Shown piece by piece: positions 51,334 to 62,789 of a stretch of 64,000 nucleotides of DNA. The stretch lies in assembly GCA_965649765.1 (NCBI GenBank), contig OZ287754.1, forward strand, positions 37,510,001 through 37,574,000, in the 5' to 3' direction. Source of the stretch: Bispira polyomma. Lineage: Eukaryota. The notes below the pieces were generated by a model. The model made no database searches. It was not told the DNA's origin and was given only the letters and a program-made list of their open reading frames with translations. Position 1 is the stretch's first letter. Each line of letters begins with the position of its first letter. A program made the position numbers and the translations under genes.

Positions 51334-54186
51334 TTGAATGGTAGTGCGTTAAATTTATTTAAGAAGATTAAAAATGGTAATGTATTCTGTCAAGAAAGCA
51401 TGAGAAAAATTAAAGATAGTAATTCTAGAAATCAAAGTCACACAGATGTGAACATGTCAAATTTGGGTAATACTAACTTTAAGTCAAGAACAAACTTTGC
51501 AGATGTAAGGTTAGCAGAAACCAGAAATTCGGGCATATGTAAACCCCTCCTTTCTACTTGTCATGACAAGCAGTATGATAGTCATGAACTGAATGGGGTT
51601 ACAAAGGGTAACACTCAGCAATGTATTCAGGGAACCCAAAGTACACTGGCCTCGAGTACCAGTGATACTTTATACTCTCATAAACAAAGCAAACTTTCGG
51701 AATATATTCAATGTTTGGAATGTATGGACTATGGTGATATTGATAATACAAGAGCCATTCTAAATTATGAGAATGTTAATTCTCTTAAAGGCAATCACAT
51801 TGCTGGATGTTTACAAACGGGTAAGAAAATGGACTGTTATGAAAAAGTACAGACTGTAATTAAAAATAATGATATGTATGGTACCCCAGACGGGTCTATG
51901 GTGGAAGTCATCATTTCGACTACTAATTGGTTGTACTATATCCCGAATCTAACATGGGAATTGCCTGTGGTATTTGTTCAGTGTAAGTTAACACACCATT
52001 CCGGGTTTTATGTATTGTGGGATGGGGAACTTGAGCAAACATTGTATAATTGTGGGGACCCACCAGCAGGTGCAATGTTGGTGACCGATACAGTCACTAC
52101 TGTTATACCTTTGGCAAGTATGAGAGATGAGGTTCTCAACACCAACATAATTGAACCCATTACTACCATAAGCAAATTGGGAGCTAAACATGCATGGCAG
52201 GATTTCCAAAAAGATATATGTTACAAAGAGAGATGTGATGTTGACTATACAAAGTATATGACTAACATAATTGATATGTTATTAGATATTAATGTAAATA
52301 AAACATGTTCAGTCAGTAATGACAGACCAATAGACTTGGCAGTTAAACCCTGCCACAAAGGTAAGACCGCATCGCCCAATTGCTTCTTCAAAACTTATGA
52401 AAATTTGTCAGATGACACCATTTGTGCTACCATACCAGATAGAGACATAAATTTTCCTAACAAAACTAGAGGTTTTTTGGCAACTTCCGATACTAAATTT
52501 GAATTTATAGGACCTGATAGAGCACCCACACACATCACATCTATTGAACAAATGATCAAAGTAGCAGACATTATTAGGGACACGGGATGTCCCAACTATA
52601 AAGGGGCTAGAATTCCCCTCACATCAGGCTTAAATATTAAGGCATGGGAAGAAGCCCTTTATGATTACCCTGATCAATTGTTGCTTCAATATGTAAAATT
52701 TGGTTTTCCATTATCTTTAACAAATTCAGAAAATTTAAAAATAAAAGACACAACTAATCATCATTCTGCACTGCAATACAAGCAGCACATCCAACAATAT
52801 CTTGATAAGGAAAAACAATACGGGGCAATGTTGGGCCCTAGTTCAGAAATTGACAATGATTCATTTCACTGTTCTCCACTGCTCACCAGACCTAAAGACA
52901 ATTTTAAGCGACGTGTTATTTTGAACCTTTCTCACCCTAAAGGCAATTCGCTCAACGACAATGTCAACAGACACCAATTTGATGGAGTAAATTTTATATT
53001 AAAATTTCCGACTATAGACGGCATAGTTGACCAAATTCGTAGAACTGCCACTCCTAGGATCTTCAAACTGGACGTGGCTCGTGCATTCAGGAACCTGAGG
53101 GTGGACCCAGTCGACGCCATGAAACTAGGCATAAAATTCGATAACAGGAAGTACGTTGATCCAGCGGTCGCGTTCGGCTGGGTCCACGGCTCGGCGGCCT
53201 TCCAGCGTTGTTCTGACGTCATAGCACATATAATGAATAAAAATAGCCATAGCGTGTTCTGTTATATCGACGATTACGTCGGTATCTCCCCAGAAGATAA
53301 GGCCCATGAAGCCTTTAGTCAGCTATACGAACTGGTTACAAAACTCGGTTTTCCACTCAATCTAGACAAAATTTCTAAACCAAGCACTAGAATAACCTGT
53401 CTTGGCATAGATATCGATATCCAGGAGGGCACGATTAGTATTACACAAGAGGACACCCACATGTTATGTCGCGAAGTAATGGATAAGGCTTGGATTTCTA
53501 GGACAAAATTTCAATCAGTTTTGGGAAAACTGCTTTATATCCATAAGTGCGTTAAGCCAGCACGTATATTTATAAACAGACTGTTGATGGCGTTTCGAAG
53601 CAACAGCCAGGCCAAAAGATTTAAAATTTCAGAACAAATTAAAGCTGACTTAACCTGGTTTGAAAAATTTTTGCCACGTTATAATGGCATCACTTTCATT
53701 AATCCTATTGTTAGCAAGCACGAAGACGAAGTATTCATTGACGCTTGTTTAACCGGATTGGGGGCTATCCACGCAGAAGAAGTGTACGCCACTCCCTTAT
53801 ATAATATCTATGGAAGGAAACTCTCCATAGTACACATAGAAATGCTAAATATCTTACTTGCCTTAAGGGTCTGGGGTGAGCAGTGGACTCATAGACGCAT
53901 AATTATGCATTGTGACAACATGGCCGTTGTCCTGGTAGTTAGGTCAAACAAGACAAAAGACGAATTATTGGCCTTATGCCATAGGAATATTTGGCTGATT
54001 TCAGCCACATACGACATTACAATAGAAATACAGCATGTAAGGGGCAAAGAAAATACCATTGCTGATTTGTTTTCTAGATTATTTTCTGACCAGCCTCCTC
54101 ACAGGGGGCAAGTGGACATATTAAAACACTCTTGTAGGTGGCATACTATCCCTATTCAGTATTTTAACCTAGATTTAAATATCTGA
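51334..54186 (+). CDS. Retrotransposon pol: reverse transcriptase + RNase H
   Basis: RT motifs KLDVARAFR, FGWVHGSAAF, YIDD; RNase H residues IDAC, HIEM, CDNM, ADLFSR. The frame is open from 51226. Confidence 0.95.
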   Translation: MNGSALNLFKKIKNGNVFCQESMRKIKDSNSRNQSHTDVNMSNLGNTNFKSRTNFADVRLAETRNSGICKPLLSTCHDKQYDSHELNGVTKGNTQQCIQGTQSTLASSTSDTLYSHKQSKLSEYIQCLECMDYGDIDNTRAILNYENVNSLKGNHIAGCLQTGKKMDCYEKVQTVIKNNDMYGTPDGSMVEVIISTTNWLYYIPNLTWELPVVFVQCKLTHHSGFYVLWDGELEQTLYNCGDPPAGAMLVTDTVTTVIPLASMRDEVLNTNIIEPITTISKLGAKHAWQDFQKDICYKERCDVDYTKYMTNIIDMLLDINVNKTCSVSNDRPIDLAVKPCHKGKTASPNCFFKTYENLSDDTICATIPDRDINFPNKTRGFLATSDTKFEFIGPDRAPTHITSIEQMIKVADIIRDTGCPNYKGARIPLTSGLNIKAWEEALYDYPDQLLLQYVKFGFPLSLTNSENLKIKDTTNHHSALQYKQHIQQYLDKEKQYGAMLGPSSEIDNDSFHCSPLLTRPKDNFKRRVILNLSHPKGNSLNDNVNRHQFDGVNFILKFPTIDGIVDQIRRTATPRIFKLDVARAFRNLRVDPVDAMKLGIKFDNRKYVDPAVAFGWVHGSAAFQRCSDVIAHIMNKNSHSVFCYIDDYVGISPEDKAHEAFSQLYELVTKLGFPLNLDKISKPSTRITCLGIDIDIQEGTISITQEDTHMLCREVMDKAWISRTKFQSVLGKLLYIHKCVKPARIFINRLLMAFRSNSQAKRFKISEQIKADLTWFEKFLPRYNGITFINPIVSKHEDEVFIDACLTGLGAIHAEEVYATPLYNIYGRKLSIVHIEMLNILLALRVWGEQWTHRRIIMHCDNMAVVLVVRSNKTKDELLALCHRNIWLISATYDITIEIQHVRGKENTIADLFSRLFSDQPPHRGQVDILKHSCRWHTIPIQYFNLDLNI

Positions 54187-54192
54187 TTTCAG

Positions 54193-55170
54193 GGTCAAAC
54201 CACATCACACAGAGATTTACAGACTCAGCTTGGCAGAGGATCAACTGTGCCTTACGACCAAAGACCACCCAGACTTACAACAATCAATTCAAAACATTTA
54301 TTTCCTTTGTTTGCTATGCTGGCCTAACAGACATTACTACACACTCAGTCATAGCATTTTTGGAATACTTAGTACAAACAGGAGCTTCTCCACACATGAT
54401 TAATAACTACCTCTCTGCAATCAAATACATGGCCAAAAAAGCTATATTAGGACATAAAAATCTTTGAGAACAACACGGTCTCCATGTTCACCAGAAGCCT
54501 CACACATACGTCACTATTTAGGCCCTCACCTAAGGGAATTTTTCAGATTGAACACCTTTCATTAATCTCCAGGGCATGTGACATCCTTAGTGATCCACCT
54601 TTGTACAGGGCAATATTTATGTTGGCTTTTTTCGGGTTCCTCAGGATTTCTAATATAGTCCCACATTCCAGATCAAAGTTTGATCCCACCCGTCATTTTC
54701 TCAGGAAAGATATAATATTTGGTAATCCAGGGGCACATTTGATTCTCAAATGGGCAAAGAACCTTCAAATTAGATCACAAGTTCACATCATACAGATACC
54801 ACTACTGGAGAATAAAACCTTATGTCTTGTTACAGCTTTGCAAGTATTGCTGACCTCTAGACCACTTTCCACACATTCACCATTGTTTGTCAGTGCAACA
54901 TTCCCACATCACCCAATTGTGGAAACACATGTGCGTTCTGCACTTGCTTCAGTACTTACACATGTGGGGATTCCCACAAAATCACATAGCTTCCACACAT
55001 TCAGAAGGTCAGGGGTTACATATGCCTTCAATAATAACGTTTCACTCCAGAACATAATGGCACATGGCCTTTGGAGGTCATCTGCAGTTTGGTCATATCT
55101 TCACCAGAATTCCCAGGCTGCCTCTGCTGTCCCTCTCACCTTTGCCTCTTCCATACCTAAACTTTCTTAG
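54193..55170 (+). CDS. Retrotransposon tyrosine recombinase (frameshift near 54435-54465)
   Basis: Catalytic domain 54484-55170: GFLRISN (R), WAKN (K), HTFRRSG (HxxR), HGLW, WSYL (Y). The N-terminal core-binding domain (ALRPKTTQTYNNQFKTF...FLEYL...NYLSAIK) lies at 54195-54467 in another frame. Confidence 0.9.
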
Positions 55171-55177
55171 TTTGGCT

Positions 55178-55592
55178 TGGGTGTTTTTAAAATTACTCTG
55201 CATTTTAAACCATTATGATGTTTTACCCCTACCTGTAGATATACTGAACTAACATGTACAGATTTAAATAAATTCCTCAAACCATGGTTTTACTGTCTTC
55301 AACATATAACCACACAAAATTGCTATCCGACCTTCAATACCGACCTTCCATTTTCACTCAGTAGAACTGTGCATAGCATGACCCAACAGGGGTCTGCTAC
55401 TTCAGTTCTACCACAGAAAATTTATATGACTACCTTAACCCCTAGGGATTGATTCTATCACTACAAATTATTCACCCAACCGTGAATAACATACTCTAGC
55501 CAATCAGAAGCTCTCCCTCTTAAAGTGGCCACGTTTTCTGTAGAGATCTTCCATTTTGGAACCAGATTCAGCAGTATTAACACAGACATTTT
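55178..55592 (+). repeat. Internal B1-A2 junction of the split direct repeats
   Basis: B1 55178-55369 directly abuts A2 55370-55592 (AGAACTG|TGCATAG); B contains AATAAA at 55267. Confidence 0.95.
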
Positions 55593-56205
55593 CCCCCCAC
55601 CTCCCCTTACCACAGCACAAGATATTATGAAGGTTCTTTTCAAAAATTTTCTCCCATTTCACTTATGGCCAATTTGTGGTCCTAAACACTTATCTATACT
55701 GCTAGCTTATGGCATGTAAGCACATACCGAGTTTAGATGGTTACTTGATTACGGACCCACTGCGCCCTGCTGAGATTATTAGAAAAACTCTTGATTCGTT
55801 TGGATTATGAGAGTTTTTGAACTCGGAACTGTGTGGTGTTAGATCCTTCTTCATAACCTACCCTCTGGTGTGGGCTACCAGGGGGGCAATGCTCTGTGAG
55901 GAAGGATGTCTCACTGCTAGGCGAGTCGGTGTCACAAGTTCCGGGTTCCTAAAAATTCATATAGGCCTTTGGCGCAGGTTCATGTACTTATATTTATGAA
56001 ATTTTAATATTTTGTGAATGGTAAAAGATTAATGTGTAATTGTTATGTATTGGCTTAGGGGGCCGTTAATAATTACTAGCAGGTGTCATTTAGGCGAATG
56101 CTAGCTCTCAGATGTTGAATTTCAACTTGCTCTGCTGTTTCGAGGCTTATATCCTCTTATATTGTTGCTGTACTGGCGGTTTTGTTTGTACTGTTGTACT
56201 ACGTA

Positions 56206-56397
56206 TGGGTGTTTTTAAAATTACTCTGCATTTTAAACCATTATGATATTTTACCCCTACCTGTAGATATACTGAACTAACATGTACAGATTTAAATAAA
56301 TTCCTCAAACCATGGTTTTACTGTCTTCAACATATAACCACACAAAACTGCTATCCGACCTTCAATACTGACCTTCCATTTTCACTCAGTAGAACTG
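56206..56397 (+). repeat. Split direct repeat B2 (192 bp)
   Basis: Matches 55178-55369 with 3 substitutions by eye. Confidence 0.95.
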
Positions 56398-57116
56398 GTG
56401 AAGAGCTACAAAATTTATTTTGATTCAATTTTGTAGAAGACTATAACATTTTAGCTGAGCACATAGCTCAGCCAAAGCAACACATGGCCAAAAAAATTAA
56501 CAAGATTCTTCTAATTAGTACACAAAAACTGTAGGACCAATTTTGAGTTAGGAGAGAACAATTAAATTTTGTTGATGACATACCTCCGCCAAGCCAAAAT
56601 ATGCCTGGATCTGCACCTCAACCAACATGTCTCCACATTAAAAGAATAGTTCTTAATTTTGTTTTTAAGGGGTCAATGTGTCACCCTGGTGGAGCTATGT
56701 ACTCTACTGAGTACCCTTGAGATACGTTTACGGCAGTGACACTATAAACAAAAAATACTGGATTTACTACAGTTGAAAACAATGAAGTTATATATATCTA
56801 CCCATCATGGAATCTGCAACGATTGCAAATGATGCATAATCATTATTAATTTATAATCAAGTTCTAGTTAATATATGCCATTTACAAATAGAATGCTTGA
56901 AATTATTGTCAAGGGTGATTGGTATTATGCTTTTACAGCTTCACCATAAACACTTTTTCCATGAGAATTCAGCCACATCTACTGCATTACCCTATTTGTA
57001 ATAAATTGGAAAACACTGTCCGTTATGTACAATCATCATGCACTCTTGCAAAGCTAAGCCAACTTTTCCCAGTAAGAACAATATTTCCAGATGAGGAAAA
57101 GTTTTAATCATAATCT

Positions 57117-57790
57117 ATGAATAATGGAGATCGATCGTTTTCATCCAACCTGCGGATAAACAAAAGGCTGGACAAGGTAAAAAAAGCAACAGCTACTAAT
57201 TACACTCCAGTGGCGTCACCTATTATCGCTGTATGCAACGGTACACCATTCGGAACAAGGGCTAACGATGGCTATCACATGCAATCACCACTTAGAATGA
57301 ACTCAATTCCTCAGCGACGCGATATGGGATGGGATGTCCACCTCTGTCCAACCCTATTAGGCGGGAGCAGCAAGAGTACAGTAGGGACAGAATCGTGCCC
57401 AGTCTTGAAGCTTTACGTTCAATGCCAAACATACAGTGCTGTAAACAGACAATTAGCTGATTATGAAGCGGGGGTGCAACACAAACTAAACCAAGGTAAG
57501 CCCAATACACGTCAACTTTACGGCAGGTTCTATAATACATATAATGTCACTTCCGCTGACCCCAGATTAAGGTGGCGATGTGTTTCCGCACGTAATAAAC
57601 CAGCTTTCGATGACTTTTATCACTGTGGGCTGTTGGGCAGCTTTCTAATACCCTATTGGCGTCTCAAGTTCCAAACATGCATGACATGATACAGCAGGTC
57701 ATACTCTCGTTATGTGAAGCCTGATCACTTCCTTGGTAGGTGGTCTGTATAGCATGGTCTGTCAGCATGCACAAGCGATAGAGGAAAGAC
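57117..57790 (+). pseudogene. Decayed gag of a related YR retrotransposon
   Basis: IVPSLEALRSMP / AVNRQLADYEAGVQHKLNQGKPNTRQLYGRF / DPRLRW / WAVGQLSN / IQQVILSL / SLPW*VV align with ORF1 IVPKIDVLKALP / MVNERLAEY...QGK...SGRF / NPKIRW / WASGQLAN / IQQVVLSL / TLPWEVV; stops and frameshifts present. Confidence 0.85.
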
Positions 57791-58149
57791 ATCGTTAGTA
57801 AACCTGCATGGATCCCAGGGTATCTGGTCCAGGTCAAGTTTTGCAGTGATTAGCAGGCCAGCACTATTGCCAAATTTGTGGGATAAAATCCCAAATAAAT
57901 TTGTAACTGTTGTCCTGGCGAGGTTCTGTCTTGAAAATGACTACATACACCATTCCCTCAGAATAAAGGCATCATTTACAACATGTAAAGTATGGCTGAT
58001 CATCCCCGACTAGAGACTCATCAGGAAAAGCCGATGGTAGCATCATCAATGACTTCTTTCAGTTAGCAAGCATTACAAAACTGGGCATTGGAGCAGCTGC
58101 CATTGCTAGCCACGTCCACCAAGACTTATAGTCCGTATCCACCAGTGCC

Positions 58150-59020
58150 AAGAGTATAATCTAATCAAAATCAATTTCGTAATGGCACTTAATCTCCTTA
58201 ATACTTGTCTAGGGGCCAAAAAAACAGAATCGTTATTCATTATTTGTGTTGTGGTGGACGAAAAAGGGGTCGTTACCAGGGAGGGAGTCGGTAATGGTAA
58301 AACCATGACAGGAGGGATAAGCTTTTTGATAGACAGGTCTTGCCTAAAAAAGTTGAAAGAGAAGGTGAGCATCTAATATCTTGCGGTAGGTGATTCCATA
58401 GCTTAGGTGCAGCGTATGAGAAACTACGATTGAAATGGACTTTTGAACTGTGTATGCTGCGATCAAAGGTAGGAACATTGAGAAATAATTTGTTAAGATT
58501 TCCGCGATGGGTTTTGGCTTGCTGAGAGTAATTGGTGGGATTTGGGCTGAGATATTTTGGGAGACCTGTATTGAGAGACGTATAGACCAATGGTGCAGTT
58601 TTGAACATACATCGAAATTTAACAGGAAGCCAGTGTAAATATTTTAGAACAGGAGATATGTGGGAAAACTGAGGTATTAGTGATAATACGAGCTAGAGTA
58701 TTCTGTATTGCCTGAAGGCTTAGCAATGAATTAAAATAGTCAATAGAACTGCTTACAAGTGCATTAGCCAACAACATAGCTGTATCCAGCAACAAATAGT
58801 GTTTCACTGACCAAACAGAATTTACAGACAGAAGTGACGTGTTTGCTGAAAAATGAAAAAATCAGTGTTAAACATTACTCCAAGATTAAGTTAAACCTTT
58901 TACGGTGATATCATATTCCCAAGGATGTTTATTGGAGAGTAACCTGCATACTAGTGCCAAAAAAAATATATATTCTGTTTTGTCAGGATTAAACTTGAGC
59001 TTATTTGATAACATCCATTC
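58150..59020 (-). mobile_element. L2/CR1-clade LINE 3' fragment
   Basis: ORF2 C-terminal motifs LANALVSSSIDYFNSLL, HWLP, FSYAAPKLWNHLPQDIR; (TTAGA)-like tail near 58156-58175. Confidence 0.85.
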
Positions 59021-59850
59021 TTGCCATCAATTACCCCAAGTAAGCAATGGCCTTCCACTCATCTGGTGTATTTGGGCAGTACTTTTTAGCGCAATACTTC
59101 ATATATCGCCATACTTACATCCTTAACAAGCTTTGAGATAGGGTTGGCAACCTTGCGGAAGCCGAGCACTGGGGATTTATATGAAATTATCAGATGCCAC
59201 GTGTCTAAGGATGATAGCCAGTTTAATGGACCTGCGGAATAAAGTGTGTGACTTCTCGATCATGTGCTCCAAAGATCCACCAGCTGAAACATAGCTGCGT
59301 GGACCCTAACAAATTGCTTGAAAGCTACCATGTCCTTCAAGACCAGCTCAGTCATCAAATTCTCTTAAGGCTGTAGTAACGTAAACACACAAATGCGCAG
59401 CCCGTATATATACTGCACTTACGAAAATATTTTGACCATAAGTACCCACCATGGCAGCCTTAAAATAGGTCTTTAGTGACAGTTTTAAGCAGTTATACAT
59501 GCAAATACCATTTAAAAGTTTACTAACAATTCATGTGTTGTGACGTCACACAATTTAAAATTTATGGTGGAACCTCATATTTGTAAACAATTCTCGCAGA
59601 GAGCCCCTTCTATTGTGACACAATACGAGTATTGATCCAGCATATATAAAGATATTATATAGGCTACACATAAATATGTTATCTATAAATCGAGTTTAAG
59701 GCCACAAAGAAAAGGTTGTGCAGTTTCTGAGAAGCTCAAGCACACATAACGTGGTTATCCGAGATCGTTTTTTGTGTTTACGTCACTAAACCCTTAATGA
59801 TCATTTGAAGGCCTTCTCAAAAGCCAGCTTCTAACACAAACATCCACCTT
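59020..59850 (-). pseudogene. Harbinger transposase relic (paralogous copy, interrupted by the TTAA element)
   Basis: ENLMTELVLKDMVAFKQFVRV...IEKSHTLFRR...KLAIILRHVASDN...CPNTPDEWKAI; homologous to 36665-37045. Confidence 0.75.
59369..59793. mobile_element. Non-autonomous TTAA-targeting DNA transposon (Kolobok-like termini)
   Basis: TTAA TSD at 59365-59368 and 59794-59797; 25-bp imperfect TIRs (21/25) starting GG and ending CC; empty site CTC-TTAA-TGATC at 36981-36984. Confidence 0.85.
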
Positions 59851-61107
59851 TGTTGATGGTCCAATCTTAAAAATATCCCCTTTTGTTTTTCAGAGAAAAG
59901 TGAATAGAACTATGGGGTTACCTGTTAGGCCCCCCTTACTTTGCCTAAACTTAAATAATACTTAACAAAAAAAAAAACAAAAAAAAACAACACAGAAATA
60001 CAAACAAAATACCTTGTATGGATTCAGTTTGAGAGTTTAAGGTCAGACTCCTTGCCGACATACTGGCAGACATATGTAAGTGACTAGTTTTCACCCAATC
60101 AATGAGACTATTGTATGCTGTCTACACTTGCGACATTTAGACATGATTAAATTATTTGTCTGGTAACATTCTATATATTCAGTCTTTCTGATGTCAATTA
60201 TTGACCCTGGATTCATAGAATTCTATTTATACTATCTTGTCTATTTCATGACAATGAGCCCATTGAAAGTTTTTAAGAAAGCAAAACAAATGGAGGTATG
60301 CGATAATTTTGCAAATTACAATAACAGATGAAAAAAATGAATATGGATGGTGACATTATGATTATTGAGATGTACATACAAGGCATTGTCTTATTACAAT
60401 AGTTATTATATATTATTGTGACAATCATTGCCCTATTCATTGCCACTATTCACATAAACGGCTATGTCTTACTGAAATATTGAACTTGAAATTGTTTAGA
60501 AGTGCTTACAATTATTTCAAATGGTGTTTTTTTTGTTGCAAAAATGCCTAATTTATAAGAATAGAAGGGCATGGTTTTCTTAGATTCTGTCTAATATTTA
60601 TTCACTCAGTCCCAAAACGAGTACTATTGTGTGTCTATATTTCTCTACAGATATTAAAACAACAGCAACAAACACTTCAAACAGGGAGAAAAAGTGTAAA
60701 TATATTTCGGTTTTATTGATATTAATTCCAACCCTACTTCTGAAAAAAATATTAGAATTATCTGTTAATCGTAGACTCCCTTATCAATTCTTTGATTAAT
60801 TTGTTGTCTTTAGTCAATCTGTCTTTCGTTTTTAGAGGAAATCCATTGTTATTATTCTGTGAAATGCAGACTGGTTTCTTATTAACCAGTATTTGATATT
60901 GGAGGCTTAAATAAAAAGATAATGGTTGTGTCAAAAGTAATAGAAACTGCTAAAATCTATAACAGCGTCATTATAGAGGAAATGAAAACACCCCAAAAAT
61001 ATTATTCACACCAATTAAACAATTGAATTTGGCCATTGTAATTATTGCAGCAATAGGGAAATAAATACACACGTAAGGGAAACATTGGTTTATGTCCAAG
61101 AATGGTT

Positions 61108-61115
61108 ATATAAAC
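61108..61115 (+). promoter_or_regulatory. TATA box of VWA paralog 3
   Basis: TATATAAA in the same context as 40678-40685. Confidence 0.6.
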
Positions 61116-61190
61116 ACACTTCTCAGGAGGACAGTTACTGTACATCTGACTGTCAATGACATACTTACGTACGTACAACTAAGCCAGACC

Positions 61191-61230
61191 ATGAAGATTC
61201 TGTGTTTGCTGATTTTAGCAGCCAGCTGTG
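61191..61230 (+). CDS. Exon 1 (signal peptide) of a third VWA paralog; gene continues beyond the window
   Basis: ATGAAGATTCTG...AGCTGTG|GTAAG identical to paralog 2 exon 1 (MKILCLLILAASC). Promoter and intron 1 are homologous to 39250-42240, and the window ends in sequence matching the region about 300 bp before paralog 2 exon 2. Whether the gene is intact cannot be seen. Confidence 0.8.
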
Positions 61231-62704
61231 GTAAGATATTTAAGTTATTTCTGTGTAAGTCTGTATACATTATTTTTGGTAAGAAACCTCCAGCGTGATC
61301 ATTAGCTTGGCACAGGGATGTTGTATGACTGACGGGTCCAAGATTAACCATTTAGGTGTGTAGATTTATGGATAATATTCATGCAATATATATCTTGTTT
61401 TACCGTTATTAATGTTATATTTGCCTTATATTTGTGGTTTATATATATTTGTCTGAAATAAGGTACACGGATAGAAGTTTATTTCATAATAGATAAGTAA
61501 AACCTCTTTGTGACCTGCTTTTTTGAAGGCTGTTCTTGCTATTATCCATTAGGCTGTGAAATACAATGTTTTGATGAGCAATACGGAGCGGGAGATATAA
61601 AGTGTTTTACTATCCACTGTGACGTGAGAATGACGTTTTCGTGGCTAATACAGGCCGGATGGTAAAATGAACCGTGTCACCCGGCGCCCGTAAATGTGTA
61701 TATAAAAACTGCAGTAGTTACAGAAATTCGCACTGTTTTTAATGTCATTTTTACTGAATATTTCAGATAGTAAATTGATAAATAGTGTGATTAACATATA
61801 AACAACATAATGGTACATTTAAGTGCTATGTACATACGAGTTGAAAGGCAATTCTTTAGGAGACCAACTCTGTACTTTTTGGCTTTCAGATTTGCATTGT
61901 GTCGTCATAATGAAAGGTTTTGAAACTTAAACAAGAATATATACAGTTTTGGGTTGTTTAATATTGTCTTAGTAAAAAAATAATCTATCAATTGCTTAAA
62001 ACTTTCGATATATTTTACATAAGCAATGTTATTGTCAAAAAAACCTAATTTTTAGAGTAGTAAAAGTTTTAATTTGAAGCTAATTCTATAAGGTAACAAG
62101 TCAGTACTTTTTGTCTATTTTGCCCTGAATTTTCAATATTTTAGACCCTTTTCAGACTGTTTTTGTTATATTTTGAACTATATTAATTAATATAACGATA
62201 TTATATCAGTTAATAATAAAAGTAAAATGACACTTGTATATTAAAAAATTATATGACTTAAGTAGATAAAATGCACAATACTCGCCCTGTGGGGCTTGTA
62301 TCGTACTTTTTATATTCTTTCGTCATATAATTTTTTCATATACACCACTCGGGTAATTTTTCTAATGAACTGTATCACCCGTCCCAATGAATGTGTATAT
62401 AAAAACTGCAGTAGTTAAAGGAATTTCAATGTCATTTTTATTGAATATTTCAGATAGTAAATTGATAAATAGTGTTTAACATAAAATATAAACCTTAGAC
62501 AACATAATTATATAATAAACTGGATTTTTAATACTTTCTAAATACAAATTTGAAGTTAATTCTTACAGGTAATAACTCTGTACTTCTTGGCTTTTAGATT
62601 TGCATTGTGACGTTATAATAGAACGTAAACAAACAACATATACGGTTTGGGGTTGTTTTAATATGGTCAAAACAAACAAAGTTATCTATAAATTCTTTAA
62701 AACT

Positions 62705-62707
<3 letters not shown>

Positions 62708-62786
<79 letters not shown>
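62708..62786. repeat. (TA)n microsatellite
   Basis: Direct reading. Confidence 0.98.

Positions 62787-62789
<3 letters not shown>

Larger units (their letters stand above)
49735..56397 (+). mobile_element. Ngaro-type (DIRS order) tyrosine-recombinase retrotransposon, full length, with frameshifts
   Basis: Split direct repeats A1 49735-49957, B1 55178-55369, A2 55370-55592, B2 56206-56397; gag, RT/RNase H and YR ORFs in order; no methyltransferase domain after RNase H; no TSD seen. Confidence 0.93.

Noticed and set aside
50266-53307. Antisense and alternate-frame ORFs within gag/pol
   Set aside because: Short shadows of the long coding frames, with no independent motifs.
55766-55790. Hammerhead-like CTGCTGA...GAAA in the retroelement spacer
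   Set aside because: Core deviates from CUGANGA and I could not build stems I-III around a cleavage triplet.
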